From Azolla caroliniana (lineage: Eukaryota > Plantae > Polypodiophyta), in contig JBHGNT010000010.1 in assembly GCA_043228905.1 (NCBI GenBank), positions 22,072,001 to 22,136,000 of the forward strand: a stretch of 64,000 nt of DNA, given 5' to 3'. How positions within the stretch are numbered: the first letter of the stretch is position 1; every line of letters starts with the position of its first letter. The translations under genes were made by a program, and so were the position numbers. The notes under the pieces are model-generated. The model had not been told where the DNA came from. It was given only the letters and a program-made list of their open reading frames with translations, and did not search any database. This document shows positions 23,752 to 37,600 of this stretch, piece after piece.

Positions 23752-26700
23752 CTGCTCTCACTTCGCATAAAAATGAGCAACAACATTTAAACTGTTTGCC
23801 CTAAGTCATATTTATACACATATGACTTTCGGGCTATTTACAAATATAGCCTCAAGGGCTCTTGGCAAAACATATTCACAAATATGTCCCCGCATCCGGA
23901 TCTCTCTCCGGGTACATTCGTCATCCGGCTCCGTAACCGGGGTCTTCAGCATCCGGCTCCGTAGCCGGGGTATTCATCATCCGGCTCCGTAGCCAGGGTC
24001 TTCGTCATCCGGCTCCGTAGCCAGGGTCTTCGTCATCCGGCTCCGTAACCGCAACCGGGCTTGCCGTCATTCATCTCCGGACATCCCATCCGGAGGGACC
24101 GAAATCCCAACAAACTCCCCCTTCACTTCGGCATGGGATGTCTCTCCAATCCGATCCTCTTCCGGCATGCTTCCAGCTTGTCGGGTGTGAGCACTTTGGT
24201 CAGCATATCTGAGCCGTTCTCATGCGTGTGGATCTTCGTCAGCACGAACTCCTGGTCTTCTATCCTTTCCCGGATCCAGTGATATCTTCGCTGGATGTGC
24301 TTCGTCCGGGAGTGATAGGCCGCGTTCTTCGCAAGGTGGATGGCACTCTGACTGTCGCAGTAGAGTCGGTACTCCTCCTGCCGGATACCGAGCTCTCTAA
24401 TGAAGTCCTTCATCCATATCATTTCCTTGCCGGCTTCAACAGCCGCCATGTACTCCGCCTCCGTGGTTGACAACGCAACCGTCTTCTGCAGCCTCGACTG
24501 CCACGAAACAGCTCCCCCTACATACGTCATCACATACCCTGATGTGGACCGGCTGGTATCTGCATCAGCCGACATATCCGAATCGGTAAAGCCGTCGAGT
24601 TCGGGCTTACCGGAGCCGAATCGGAGGCACACGTTTGCCGTGCCCTTCAGGTATCGAAGTATCCACTTGACCGCGTTCCAGTGCTCCTTGCCGGGATTGC
24701 TCATGTACCGGCTCACCACTCCGACTGCGTATCCTATGTCCGGTCTTGTACACACCATTGCGTACATCAAGCTTCCGATGGCAGAGGCATATGGCACTTT
24801 CATCATGTCCTCTTTCTCAGCCTTTGTCTTGGGGCTTTGCTTGCTGGACAACTTGCAGTTTGCCGGGAGAGTTGATCCGACCGGTCTTGCTTCCGACATG
24901 TTGAACCGGTGAAGCACCTTTGTTACGTACTTCTCCTGTGACAGCCACAACTGCTTCTTCTTCCGGTCTCGGATGGTGTGCATCCCTAGTATTTGCCTCG
25001 CCGGACCCAGGTCCTTCATTGAGAAGGTTCGGTGAAGTGCTTTCTTCAGCATCCGTATCTTGCCCTGGTCCCGTCCGACGATCAACTTGTCGTCCACGTA
25101 CAGGAGGAGTATTAGAGAGTCTCCTCCTTCGAACTTCTTCACAAACACGCAGTGATCGGACTGCGTTTTGTGGTACCCTTCGTCGGTCATGAAGGAGTCG
25201 AACTTCCGGTACCATTGCCGGGGAGCCTGCTTCAGTCCGTAAAGGCTCTTCTTCAACCGGCATACCAGGTGCTCCTTCCCTTTCTTCTCGAATCCTTCCG
25301 GTTGCTGCATGTAGATCTCTTCTTCGAGGTCACCGTGAAGGAATGCCGTCTTCACGTCCATCTGTTCTACCTCGAGGTCCATGCTTGCCGCTATGCTCAG
25401 CACCGTCCAGATGGAGGTCATCTTCACTACCGGGGCAAATATCTCGTCGAAGTCGACGCCCTTCTTCTGCTGGAACCCCTTCACCACGATCCTGGCTTTG
25501 TATCTCGGGGGGTTTCCGGCATCTCCCGGTTTCAGCTTGAACACCCATTTGTTTCGAAGTGCCCGCTTTCCTTTCGGCAACTCCACAAGTTCATATGTGT
25601 GGTTCTCATGCAGGGAATCCATCTCCTCCTGCATGGCACTTAACCACCTGCGGCTATGCGTGTCAAGTTTTGCTTCTTCAAAACTCTCCGGCTCCCCCTC
25701 GTCGGTTAGCAACACGTGCTCTGGTTCCGGAAATCTCCGGGGGGCCCTTCTCTCTCTTAGAGGGTATCTCCGTTCCGGAGCTTCGGTAACCGGCTGCTCC
25801 GTTTCCTCTTCATCCGAATCCATTTCGGGATCAGGGCCGGTTCCGGTATCAGTTTCATCTTCCTCGGCCGGTTCTGTTTCTTCACCGTCTTCGGCCGGAT
25901 CCTCGAGTGCTAACCGGTCCCTTGCCGGTCGGGACTGCTCCTCGTAGAGTTTATCCTCACCGGTCGACTTGGAGCTCTTCATCTTCTTCTCCGACTCCCA
26001 GTCGGCGAGTGTCTTGTCCTCCATGAAGATGATATCTCGACTCCTGAATATCTTCTTGTCGACCGGGTCCCATACTCGGTAGCCGAACTCGTCGTCGCCG
26101 TAACCGAGGAATATGCATGGCTGGGTCTTTGGATCTAACTTTCCTCTCCGGTCCTTTGCCACATGCACGTATGCGAGACACCCGAACACCTTCAGATGCC
26201 GGTAGGACACTTCCTTACCGGTCCACACTTTCTGCGGCGTGTCTCCGTCCAAAGGTACTGAGGGTGATCTATTTATCACATACGTCGCCGTCGACAATGC
26301 CTCAGCCCAAAATCCCTTGGGTAATTTCGCATGCGCCAGCATACTCCGGACCCTCTCCATTATGGTCTGGTTCATCCTCTCGGCCAGCCCGTTCAGTTCC
26401 GGCGTCTTCGGCACAGTAAACTCGAGCTGGATTCCCTTCGAGCGACAGTACTCCTGGAACTGCCCCCGGTATTCCCCTCCGTTATCCGCTCGTATCGCTT
26501 TCAGCTTCTTGCCGGATTCCCTTTCCACTCTCGCGTGAAGTTCTTTGAAGACGCACAACACTTGGTCCTTTGTCTTCAACGGTGCCGTCCACAGCTTCCG
26601 GCTGTGGTCATCAATGAATGTCACGAAGTACTAGGCTCCGCCATGTGACTTCGTTTCTACTTGACACACGTCAGTGTGCACCAGCTCCAATGGTGCGCTA

Positions 26701-28484
26701 CGTCTCGTCGGTGGCCTTGAGTGGAAGGAGGTCCGGTTTTGCTTACCGGCCAGGCAGTCGGTGCACTTCTCCAGGTGCACATGCTTCACTGGAATAAGGT
26801 TGTCTTCTGCAAGCCTCTTCATCCCCTTCTCACTCATGTGGCACAGTCTCTTGTGCCACAGCTCACCGGCGGTGTCGGCTGCCACGTTCAGCTCCTCCGG
26901 ACATAGCCGGGAATTCATCAGGTACAGTGTGTTGACCTTCCGGGCCCGAGCCACTATCAGGCTCCCCTTGCTGAACTTCATGACACCGTTCCGGATGCTA
27001 CCCGTGTAGCCTTCATCATCTAGCCTCCCGGCCGAGATCAGGTTCAATCGGACCTCCGGAACGTGTCGCACATCCTTCAGCAGCATCTTGCATCCGGTTG
27101 ATGTCATCAGCCACACGTCTCCTATGCCGGCAATCCGGCATGTGCCTTCATTTCCCATCCGGACACAGCCGTGCTCACCGGTTGTGTAGGATGAGAAGTA
27201 TTTCTTCTCCGGGGTCAGGTGGAACGACGCTCCGGAATCAACCACCCAGGTCATCTCTACACCGGCAAGGTTCAGCTCCCTCTCTTCGGTAATGAGCATG
27301 ATTTCCTCCTCACTTGCCGCGAGTGCCGTCGTTCCTTTCCGGTCCTGCCCTCGCCGATCCGGACCTCTCCGGTCCGTGGCTCCCCGGTATGCACCGTTTC
27401 TCTCCGGTGACTTCTTCGAATCGGTGTCGTCGGCTCCGTTGTCCTTTCGGTAATGCCGACAATTCTTCCGGAAGTGCCCCGGCTTCCCACAGTGGAAGCA
27501 TGTGGGCCTTCCTCTTGACTGCGACCGGGTCCCCGACTTCTCCCATCTTTGCGGTTCCATTGTCTTCCCCGATCCGATTCGGTAAGCAGCATCTTCGGAT
27601 CGGAAACCGGTTCTTTATCTCTCCGACGCGCTTCTTCGTTCAAAATGCTTGTCTTTACCGTTTGTAGAGACAAGTTATCTTCGGTGCAGGAGGTGCTGAG
27701 AGTCACCACCAAGTTCTCCCAGCTTTCCGGCAATGTACACATCAGAATGATGGCTTGCATTGCATCCTCCAACGGGAACCTGATCGCCGCAAGCTGGTTC
27801 ACGAATCCCATGAACGTGCTCACGTGTTCCACCATATTCTTGCTGTCCCGGTACTTGAGGTTCACTATCTTCCTCATCAGGGAGGTCCGGTTCAACGCAT
27901 TCTTCCTCTCGTAGAGGCCCGACAGCTTCTTCCACATCTCATATGCGTTGGTGTCGTTCGCCACATGTTGTAGGACGCTTACATCGACATATTGCCGAAT
28001 CGTCGCTACGGCTTTCCGGTTCAGGAGCTTCCACTCCGACTCTATTACTCCCTTGGGTATCTCGGCATTGTCGATCGGTTCGTACAGGTCTCGGACGATG
28101 AGAAGGTCTTCCATCTTTATCTTCCAGTCGGCGTAGTTCTGTGAGTTCAACACCATCATGCCCGGAGGCCCACTACCGCCGCCTTCCATTTTCTGTGTTA
28201 CCGTCGCTCTGATACCACTTTGTTGAAAAACAGTGCTCGGCCACAACCGAGGAATAGGATCAACTCTCAGAAAACGGGAAATACAAAGTGCACGGGGACA
28301 ATAGAGAGAAAGGTACACTGGATATTTTACGTGGAAAACCCTAAATGGGAAAAACCACGGGAGTCCTCAAACTCCAACTATCACTATGAACAGGGATGTA
28401 CACTGGTGAAGCTACAAGGCAACAACCTTGAGCTCACTGTCTTCGCCACAGGCGGCGGTAATACACAGAGGCAACGACCTCTTC

Positions 28485-28523
<39 letters not shown>

Positions 28524-28856
28524 CTGCTCTCACTTCGCATAAAAATGAGCAACAACATTTAAACTGTTTGCCCTAAGTCATATTTATACACATATGACTT
28601 TCGGGCTATTTACAAATATAGCCTCAAGGGCTCTTGGCAAAACATATTCACAAATATGTCCCCGCATCCGGATCTCTCTCCGGGTACATTCGTCATCCGG
28701 CTCCGTAACCGGGGTCTTCAGCATCCGGCTCCGTAGCCGGGGTATTCATCATCCGGCTCCGTAGCCAGGGTCTTCGTCATCCGGCTCCGTAACCGCAACC
28801 GGGCTTGCCGTCATTCATCTCCGGACATCCCATCCGGAGGGACCGAAATCCCAACA
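23449..28856 (-). mobile_element. Ty1/Copia LTR retrotransposon E (youngest)
   Basis: LTRs 23449-24112 and 28221-28856, apparently identical apart from one 28-bp tandem unit. TSD CGGAA at 23444-23448 and 28857-28861. Perfect tRNA-iMet PBS 28206-28217. PPT ~24113-24122. Confidence 0.97.
24123..28189 (-). pseudogene. Copia E gag-pol with one frameshift (~27530-27560) and one TAG (26631-26633)
   Basis: ORFs 27272-28318, 26631-27560 and 24123-26624 carry gag, CFHCGKPGHFRKNC, WVVDSGAS, integrase, YVDD RT and RNase H. Confidence 0.92.
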
Positions 28857-28875
28857 CGGAAGGCACGGGAAGGCT

Positions 28876-29209
28876 TGTTGAGTGGCAAGCTCAACCGGAG
28901 CCGGATCGGCTGAATAAGCCGGAGCCGGTAAGCGAGACGGATCGGACGAAACAGATCGGTATGACGGTGAGCAACCGAACCGGCAAGCAGTGGAGGCCGG
29001 GTGCAATCTGTAACCGGACGTCCAATCGGAAGTCTAGTATAGGATAGACTACTAGGTAGCTATAGTCTCGTAGTAAGTGTTAGATGCTCGTGTGAGCATT
29101 GAAGTACATGGTACTTCTCTTAGTCCCAAGAGGACTTGTATAAATAGTGCTACTTAGCACAGTGTGTATAGATAGTCTCGATATAATTTTGAAATTGTGT
29201 TCTGCTCTC

Positions 29210-29264
<55 letters not shown>

Positions 29265-32200
29265 TGTTCTCTGTTTTACGCTTCTGCAAAAACTTACGTT
29301 TACATGGTATCAGAGCGCGAGGGTTGAGAACCTCCGCTGCAGACATTTACTCTTGAGAAGAAAACCCTAACAGGTCGAAAACAAACACAGTAGAAGACAT
29401 GGATAGAGGCCTGGCTACGTCGCTCCCGGTGGAGAAGCTCGACAAGAGCAACTACGAATCCTGGTTTTACAAGATGCACCAGTACCTGCTTGGACACGGG
29501 TACTGGAGTTATGTCGAAGGAGCGAATGATGCGGCGCCCGACTCGGCACACAAGAACTTCCCGGTATGGGAACAGGCGGCAAGCAGGGTGATGTACTGCT
29601 TCGCGTCCAGTGTCGGCGATCAGCTGCTCAGCCACATCCGTGACGCCAAGACACCGAAGGATGCTTGGGGGAACCTGAAAAAGGTTTTCGCCGCAAGCAC
29701 CACTGCCCGGAAGCTACAACTCAGACAGGAGTTGAGCAATGTTCGACAGAAGAACATATCTGTGGCAGACTACATGGGCCGGATAAAGGAGATCTGCGAC
29801 TCGCTCGCCTCTATCAATGTTACCGTAGAGGAAGACGAGATGGTGCAGGTATGTCTCGGAGGCCTGGCGTCCAAGTTCGGAGCGTTCCGGACTGCGGTGT
29901 GTACAAGGGAGAATACCCCCTCATTCTTCGACTTACATTCGATGCTCCTTGTAGAGGAGAACCACGCCGGTGCATCTACCAGTGCATCCCCGGACAGTTG
30001 AATGTTGTACACGGGAATGGATCGGCTCCATGGGCGTGGTGGAAGAGGTGGGTCAGCACGCAATGGAGGCGGTCGGCAAGAGCAGGAACGGAGGCACTAT
30101 GAGCGTGCCGACAGCAATTCCGGGACTTCCACAAGCAGGGGGAGTCAAGGCGGTGCCGGAGGCCGGAAAGACAAATCCCCTACGGAATGCTGGTACTGTG
30201 GCAAAAAAGGCCACAAGGAAAGCGAGTGCTGGAGAAAGCGTGCCGATTCGGACAAATCCGAATCCGGCAAGACCGGTAAGGATGGCCGGCAAAACTCGCA
30301 CTACGCAAACGGATCAGGAGGATCCGAAACCGGAAAGGCCGGTAAGGGGCCAGCCTTGGTGATGAATCACAAGGCAAACTCAATGAAGAAGACCACTTCC
30401 AAAATGAAGGAAGTGTGGTATGTTGATTCCGGCGCGTCGAACCACATGACGAGCCACAAAGAGTGGTTCTCCTTTTTGGAGAAATCGGATCGACCAAGAG
30501 TAGTCGAAACCGGAGACGACACTCCTCACCCAATCGTGCACGTCGGAGAAGTCCCTCTAAGCCACGTCGGACAGAAAGGGAAGCTGATGAACGTATTACA
30601 CGTTCCGACAATCACGAAGAACCTGGTGTCCGTCGGTCAGATTGTCGACCAGGGGATGCAGGTGCGGTTTACGCACCTCGGGTGTTTCATTGAGGATGAG
30701 GGCGAAGTCATTGCGCAAGGGCGCAGAGACGGGAGGATGTTTATCCTCAACACCAATGACTTTGGCACCGCTTTTTTCACGAAACGACAGAAGGTCGAGT
30801 CGGACATCGACCTGTGGCACAAGCGGATAGGCCACGTCAACTACCGGAGGCTTCAAGACCTGCAAACGAAACAAGTCGTTTTCGGTTTGCCGAAGTTCAG
30901 CGGCTGGAGAGCCGAAATTTGTGAAGCCTGCCAACTTGGGAAGCAACACCGGCTTCCATTCCCCAACGAACGGAACCTGAGCCGTAACAAGCTTGATCTC
31001 ATTCATTCGGATGTGTGGGGACCGGCACAAAGTGTAAGCCTTGGCGGGAGCCGATACTTCGTCTCCTTCATCAACGACTATACTCGACATACTTGGATCT
31101 ACCTCATTGAGCGGAAGAGCGAAGTCTTCGACTGTTTTTGGAGCCTCCAGAAGATGGTGGAACGAGAATCGGAGAGGACGATCAAATGCCTTCGGTCGGA
31201 TGGCGGAAAGGAATATTTTTCCGGCCAATTCACTAGTTATCTGCAGCAGAAGGGAATTCGGCGAGAGTTCAGCTGCAGATACACACCGGAGCAAAACGGT
31301 GTGGCCGAAAGGAAGAACCGGACACTCGTTGAAGCGGCAAGGGCGATGCTGGAGGAGAAGAGCATGCCCCGGTTCTACTGGGCGGAGGCGGTCCGGACGG
31401 CCATCTACATACAAAACCGCATTGGTGACAAGGTGTCAGCTCATGAGCTGTATTTCGGGCGCAAGCCGAACTTAAGACACCTTCGGATATTCGGCAGCAT
31501 AGCGTATGTGCATGTGCCGGATCAGAAGCGGAGAAAGCTGGATGCAAAATCGGAAAAATGCATCCTAGTCGGCTATGCTCAAGAGCAAAAGGGGTATAAG
31601 TGCTATAACCCCCGGACGAAGGAAACCCGAGTTAGCCGGGATGTCGAGTTCGATGAATCGGCATCCTGGTACTCCGTACCGACTCCGACTTCCGATCCCG
31701 ACCCAATGTCGAAAGATCAGGCCAGTGATCCTGAATCAGCCCTGCCAGAGGATGATTAAGCCGGGACTCAAGATGAGAGTCCGGAATCGTTACGGTTGAG
31801 TGGACCGAACGAGTGACTGAGTCGGTTGGACCTGTCGGATGAAGAGACGGCAAGTAGTGGAGACTCTGCCGTGCTCTCCCCGCGCAAGGAACCGAGGAAA
31901 CGGTTCACGCAGAAAGAGAAGGGGAAGAGGAAGATGCCGGAATTCGAAACCGGCAACGATGAGTCGGATCGGTGCGTATCCGACTCCGGAAAAGAAAAAG
32001 GCGGATCTTCGGCAAAGGGCGCAAATTGGCGTGCCGCTATGGACGAAGAAATGCGGGCACTCGATGCCAACGAAACTTGGGACCTAGTTGATCCTCCCCG
32101 TCACTGTAAACCGATCGGATGCAAGTGGGTGTACAAGGTCAAGTACAACGCCGATAGTTCTGTTAACCGGTACAAAGCCCGGTTAGTGGCGAAGGGATAC

Positions 32201-34667
32201 GCACAGACCCACGGAATCGACTACGACGAGACCTTCGCTTCTGTGGCGAAGATGACGACGGTTCGTGTGGTACTGGCGGTTACTGCGGCAAGGGGGTGGC
32301 ATCTTCACCAGATGGATGTGAAGAACGCCTTCCTTCAAGGAGAGCTTGAAGAAGAAGTCTTTATGACTCAGCCCCCCGGATTTCAATCGGAGATGAACAA
32401 GTTGGCGGTATGCCGACTGAAGAAGTCGCTTTACGGCTTGAAGCAAGCCCCCCGAGCTTGGAACGCGAAGATCACGCACCGGTTGCGTAAGCTGGGGTTT
32501 GTTGTCTCTAAGTCGGACTCTTCGTTGTTCATCCGGCAAGGCTCTGACGGTCCGGTATGTATACTCTTGTATGTGGATGATTTCGTCATCACCGGACCGG
32601 GTCTTCCCGAAATCAACCGCGTCAAGTCCCAGTTGTCGGACGCATTGGAAATGAAGGACCTGGGGGACCTTCATTATTTTCTTGGGATCGAAGTGATCCG
32701 GACCCCCGACGGCATATTGCTCTCACAATGACATTACATGTTGAATATGCTGTATAAGTTCGGCATGACGGATTGCCGACCTGTCTCCACACCCCTGGAC
32801 CGGAACCAGAAGCTCTGTCCCAACTCCGGACCGGCCTGCAATGAGAAACGGTTCCGACAGGTTGTCGGAAGCCTGATCTACTTAACCATCACCCGACCCG
32901 ACATCAGCTATCCGGTCGGGATGGTAAGTCAGTTCATGCAGAAGCCGACCGTGGAGCACCTTCAGTGCGCGCAACGAATATTACGGTATGTCAGCGGCAC
33001 TATGGACCGGGGACTGCTATACTGGCGAGGTATACCCGAAGAGCTTGTCGGTTACACAGATGCTGACTGGGCCGGCGATGCGTCTAATCGCCGCTCCACT
33101 TCCGGATACATGTTCTCCATAGGTAGCGCGGCCGTTGCGTGGAGCAGCAAGAAGCAGCCCACAATGGCTTTGTCAAGCACTGAGGCTGAGTACCGGGCCG
33201 TTACCGTTGCCACTTGTGAAGCCATCTGGCTTCGGCGACTGCTGTGAGACTTGCGGATCGAGGTACCGACCCCGATCCCAATTTACTACGATAACATGAG
33301 CAGCCTGCCGCTCGCCAGGAACCCTGTGTTCCATGCTCGCACAAAGCACATCGAGGTGCACTACCACTTCGTGCGTGAGCGGGTCCTGAGCGGTGAAGTT
33401 GACCTACGGTATGTTCATACGGATCGGCAAGTTGCCGACATCTTCACCAAGCCGCTCGGATCGGACAAGTTGCAGCACTTTACCGACATGCTTGGTATTC
33501 AGCATCTCGATGTGCCGCACTTGAGGGGGAGAAGCAAGGGCAAAGTCTCTATCGAAACGGGCAAAGGCCAAAAAACTGTTGAACCCGTCGGTAAGAGGAG
33601 AGCTGGAAGAAGAGGAGACAAGAAGATGAAGGAAGCCGAGTCGACGAAGGAAGTCGACACATCCGAACAGGTCAGAGCAAGCGGTTGTGAAGAAGAGTTG
33701 TGCACTCAGGAAGAGAAGTGCATGTTGTGCGGAGGTCATCACGACGGTACTGACCATGATACAGAGTCGAATGAAGAATTCGATTTCGGTTCACTGGCTG
33801 AAGAAGCCGAGGGAAGGATGGAGAAGGCCAAGACTCGGAAGTGGTTCGATGTGGTGAGAGGCCTGAAGCCGGAAGTCGAATCGGAGTGTACCGATTCGGA
33901 CAAGAGCTGGAACGAGTCGGAGATAGCTGACTCGGATCAACAGATGGATCCGGATGAGTCGGATCGACTGAAGGCCAAGGGGACACGGACATAGCGGAAG
34001 TCGATGCCATCGTGGGAGAACCGACGGATCAGCAAGCGCCGGAGTCGCAGCAACGTGAGTGCTGAGATGGGCCTATTGAGCAGACATGCCGACCAAGAGG
34101 GTCGAGGCGCGCAGAACCAAAGGGGTCGCGGCAAACGGGACCGGACCGGACGAGGAGCGCGAGCAAGGCGGAGTGACGCCAAGAGAAGTCAGTTGGAAGA
34201 ACCGACTGCCAAAGAGTTCGACACTACGACCCCACCTCAGGTTGAGCTTGAGGGGGAGTGTTGAGCGGCAAGCTCAACCGGAGCCGGATCGGCTGAATAA
34301 GCCGGAGCCGGTAAGCGAGACGGATCGGACGAAACGGATCGGTATGACGGTGATCAACCGAACCGGCAAGCAGTGGAGGCTGGGTGCAATCCGTAACCGG
34401 AAGTCCAATCGGAAGCCTAGTATAGGATAGACTACTAGGTAGCTATAGTCTCGTAGTAAGTGTTAGATGCTCGTGTGAACATTGAAGTACATGGTACTTC
34501 TGTCAGTCCCAAGAGGACTTGTATAAATAGTGCTACTTAGCACAGTGTGTATAGATAGTCTCGATATAATTTTGAAATTGTGTTCTGCTCTCTCTGCCTC
34601 TCTCGCTCTCTCTCTCTCTCTCTGTGTTGTTCTCTGTTTTACGCTTCTGCAAACACTTACGTTTACA
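28876..34667 (+). mobile_element. Ty1/Copia LTR retrotransposon D (same family as B)
   Basis: LTRs 28876-29304 and 34259-34667. TSD AGGCT at 28871-28875 and 34668-34672. PBS TGGTATCAGAGC 29305-29316. PPT 34247-34258. LTR ends and proteins are close to those of element B. Confidence 0.97.
29399..33994 (+). pseudogene. Copia D gag-pol with several premature stops and an extended C-terminus
   Basis: In-frame ORF pieces 29399-30001, 30002-31759, 31826-32731, 32738-33247 and 33251-33994, with CWYCGKKGHKESEC, WYVDSGAS, YVDD and YTDADWAG motifs. Confidence 0.92.
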
Positions 34668-37600
34668 AGGCTTTCGCATTCTCACCAGAGGAGATCGGGT
34701 GCGTAGACCCGACAGTCGTGGAACCGATGGTGATATTCACGGTACCGCATGTGCCGTGGAGTCTCAAACCGATTCCAGTACCCAGAGCTCACATCCCGAA
34801 GCTGATGGAGCTGTTAAAGCAGAAGGTCGAGATGGGAATCCTAGAACCGTCGAGTGCCCCATACTCGAATCGGTGGTTTACCGTGCCGAAGAAGGACGGC
34901 ACGTTGCGCTTTATTCAAGACCTGCAGCCGGTCAACAAGGTGACCATTCAAAACGCAGGAATCGGACCGACAATAGACGAGTTCGCGGAGGCCTTCGCCC
35001 GAAGGTCGATTTACTCGGTCGGTGATCTCTACTCGGGGTACGATCAGTTCCAGCTTGCCGTAGAGAGCAGAGACATCACGACAATGTGAACTCCTCTCGG
35101 CCTAGTACGGATGTGTACCCTGCCGCAAGGAGGGACGAACTCGGTGGCTCACATGGTGAACGCAATGAACAAAGTGCTGAGGGATTGTATCCCGGACATC
35201 ACCATGCCGTTTTTGGACGACGTCCCGATCAAGGGATGCCCGGTGGAGGAAAGGGACGAGACGATCGGACCGGTCGGATGCCGGAAATTCGTGGCGACGC
35301 ACATCAATGACTACGAGAAGGTGCTACAGAAGTTGGAGGGAGTGAGGCTCACCTTCTCCGGGGGAAAATCGGCCTTCAAGCAATCAGAGATCATGGTCGT
35401 CGGACACCTATTCGGGCCGTACGGCCGGAAACCGTCTCCGACTAAGGTAGAAGCTATCTCCGCGATGAAGAACGACTGTAGCTCGGTCACGGAGGTTCGG
35501 AGGTTCTTGGGAGCGTGCGCATTCTACCACATATGGATCCCGCATTACGCTCACATCACGGAGCCGTTATACGGGTTGCTAAAAAAGGGGCGAAAATTCG
35601 AGTGGAGAGACGAGCATTCGGAGTCTATCCAGAAGATGAAGGAAGCACTTGCCGCGGCTCCGGCGCTCCAAAAGGCTGTCTACGGACAGAGCACTCCAAT
35701 TTACGTAACGGTGGACACGAGTCCGACCGGGATCGAATGGGTCGTCAACCAAGAGGGAGAGGACGGCACGCGTTTCCCGATCCGGTTTGGCGCGAAGGTC
35801 CTCAGCGAGCGACAGCGAGGATATGCCCAGGTTAAACGCGAGCTCTGGGGTATCGTTTCGGCGGTAAAGGCCGATAGAGACTACCTAATCGGGACAGAGG
35901 TAATTATCGAAACGAACTGCCTGCCAATTCTTGGCATGGTTTCCGGATGCGCGACGCCGGACCTGGCAATGCTCAAGTGGATAGCGTACATCAAGTCCCT
36001 AAATCCGGAAATACGACACATTTCCGGGAAAGACAACGCCATGGCCGACATGCTTTCAAGGGCGAGGTTCGAAAACAACGACGGCATGGTTTCAGAGGAC
36101 GAGGAAGTCGGCGTGGACTTCTTCGAGGCGGCTTACGTGACAACCAACGGGGAATGCTCTCCGACACTTCACGACTTCGACGAGAGCAAGTACGACGGGG
36201 AGTGGCTGCAGATCGGCGGGTTCCTAAAAACGATGACACTGGACGCGGCATGGACAGCGGACGAGGCCAACCGGATTCGGAAGAAAGCCTACCGATTCTT
36301 TCTCTGGGACGGATACATATGGAAGCACCCGAAGAAGAGGAACGGCGTCCCGCTCCAAGTGGTGGCGAAGAAGGAGGAACAGGATGATTTGCTGGCGGCG
36401 TACCACGATAGCCCGTGGGCTGGACACCGTGGAACGTGGGCCACGTTCGAAAAGCTAAAGGGGAAGTACTGGTGGTCGGGACTATACCGGGACGTGCATC
36501 GGTTCGTGACGACTTGCGAAAGTTGCCAGATGCACTCCATGATCCGACACCGGGACGAGCTTCACCCAACCTACCCTCCGACCGTCCACTTCAAGTGGAT
36601 GGTGGATTTGGTGACGATGTCAATGGGGGTAGGACAGATGCGGTATCTGGTGCTGGCTCGGGAAGATCTAACGAACCAGGTTGAAGGCCGAGCCCTGCAG
36701 AACAAGACGACGGCAATCGTATGCCGGTTTTTGATTGAGGACATAGTATGCCGATACGGGTGCGTAGGGAAGATCGTGGCTGACCGTGGTGAGTTGGACG
36801 CAGAAGAAGCCAAAGAGCTGTTCGACCGGCTAGGAGTCAAACTTTTGCTCACCACAGCGTACAATCCGGAGGCGAACGGGAAGGTGGAGCACGGACACAG
36901 GCCAATTGTCAAAGCGCTAGTACAGGCGTGCGGAGGCCGAGTCGGGGACTGGCCACGGCTGCTACCTTATGCCTTGTGGGCGGACCGGACTACGCACAGT
37001 TCGGTAACCGGGTTCATGCCAGCCGAGCTGATGTTCGGACAGAAGCCGATCATGCCAACAGAGCGAACGATCTCCTCTTGGGCCACGGTGGACTGGAGGG
37101 ACGAGATGACCCAGGAGGAACTGTTGGCGGCGCGGATTCAACAGCTTGAGCGGAGGCCAGAGGACGTAGAACGGGCCGCGGAGAAACTTCGAGTAGCGAG
37201 GATAAGGAACAAAGCCCGGTTCGACCGAACACACCGGCTCCGGCCAAGGAAGATCGAGGAAGGTGACTAGGTGCTAGTCTACGACAGCAGTCTCGACAAT
37301 CAGCACAGGGCCACGCGGAAGTTTGCGAGGAGGTGGTTCGGGCCTTACGTAGTAACAAGAGTCAACGCCAATGGGACGTACCATCTCGCGGAGCTCGACG
37401 GTACGAGAATGGCGATACCGGTAGCAGGGAAGAGGATCAAAGTGTTCAAGAAACGGCACGACGGGGAGTCGGAGCTAGGGGGCATGGACAGTGACGACGA
37501 GCAGCCCGAGGCGGAGGATGAACTGGTAAACAAGGAATAAAAGCAAGGATCGGTTTTCTCCCATAGGAACCCAATTTTGGCGCATACCGGTGGATGCGCG

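Larger units (their letters stand above)
22842..37540 (+). pseudogene. Gypsy C pol (RT-RH-INT), split by Copia E and D; pieces 22842-23448, 28862-28875, 34673-37540
   Basis: Rejoined junction reads MLGRHGKAFAFSPEEIGCVDP. Motifs DLYSGYDQF, LPQGGTNS, FLDD, VDTS, H..GH..C..C and DRGE. In-frame stops at ~23106, ~35087 and ~37268. Confidence 0.92.

Noticed and set aside
23166-23804. 212-aa ORF as an independent gene
   Set aside because: Chimera of Gypsy pol reading into the Copia E LTR; likewise the tail of ORF 497-1327 reads into the Copia A LTR.
20874-37358. Many 60-270 aa antisense or alternative-frame ORFs within the retrotransposons
   Set aside because: Expected shadow ORFs of GC-rich coding sequence with no recognisable domains.
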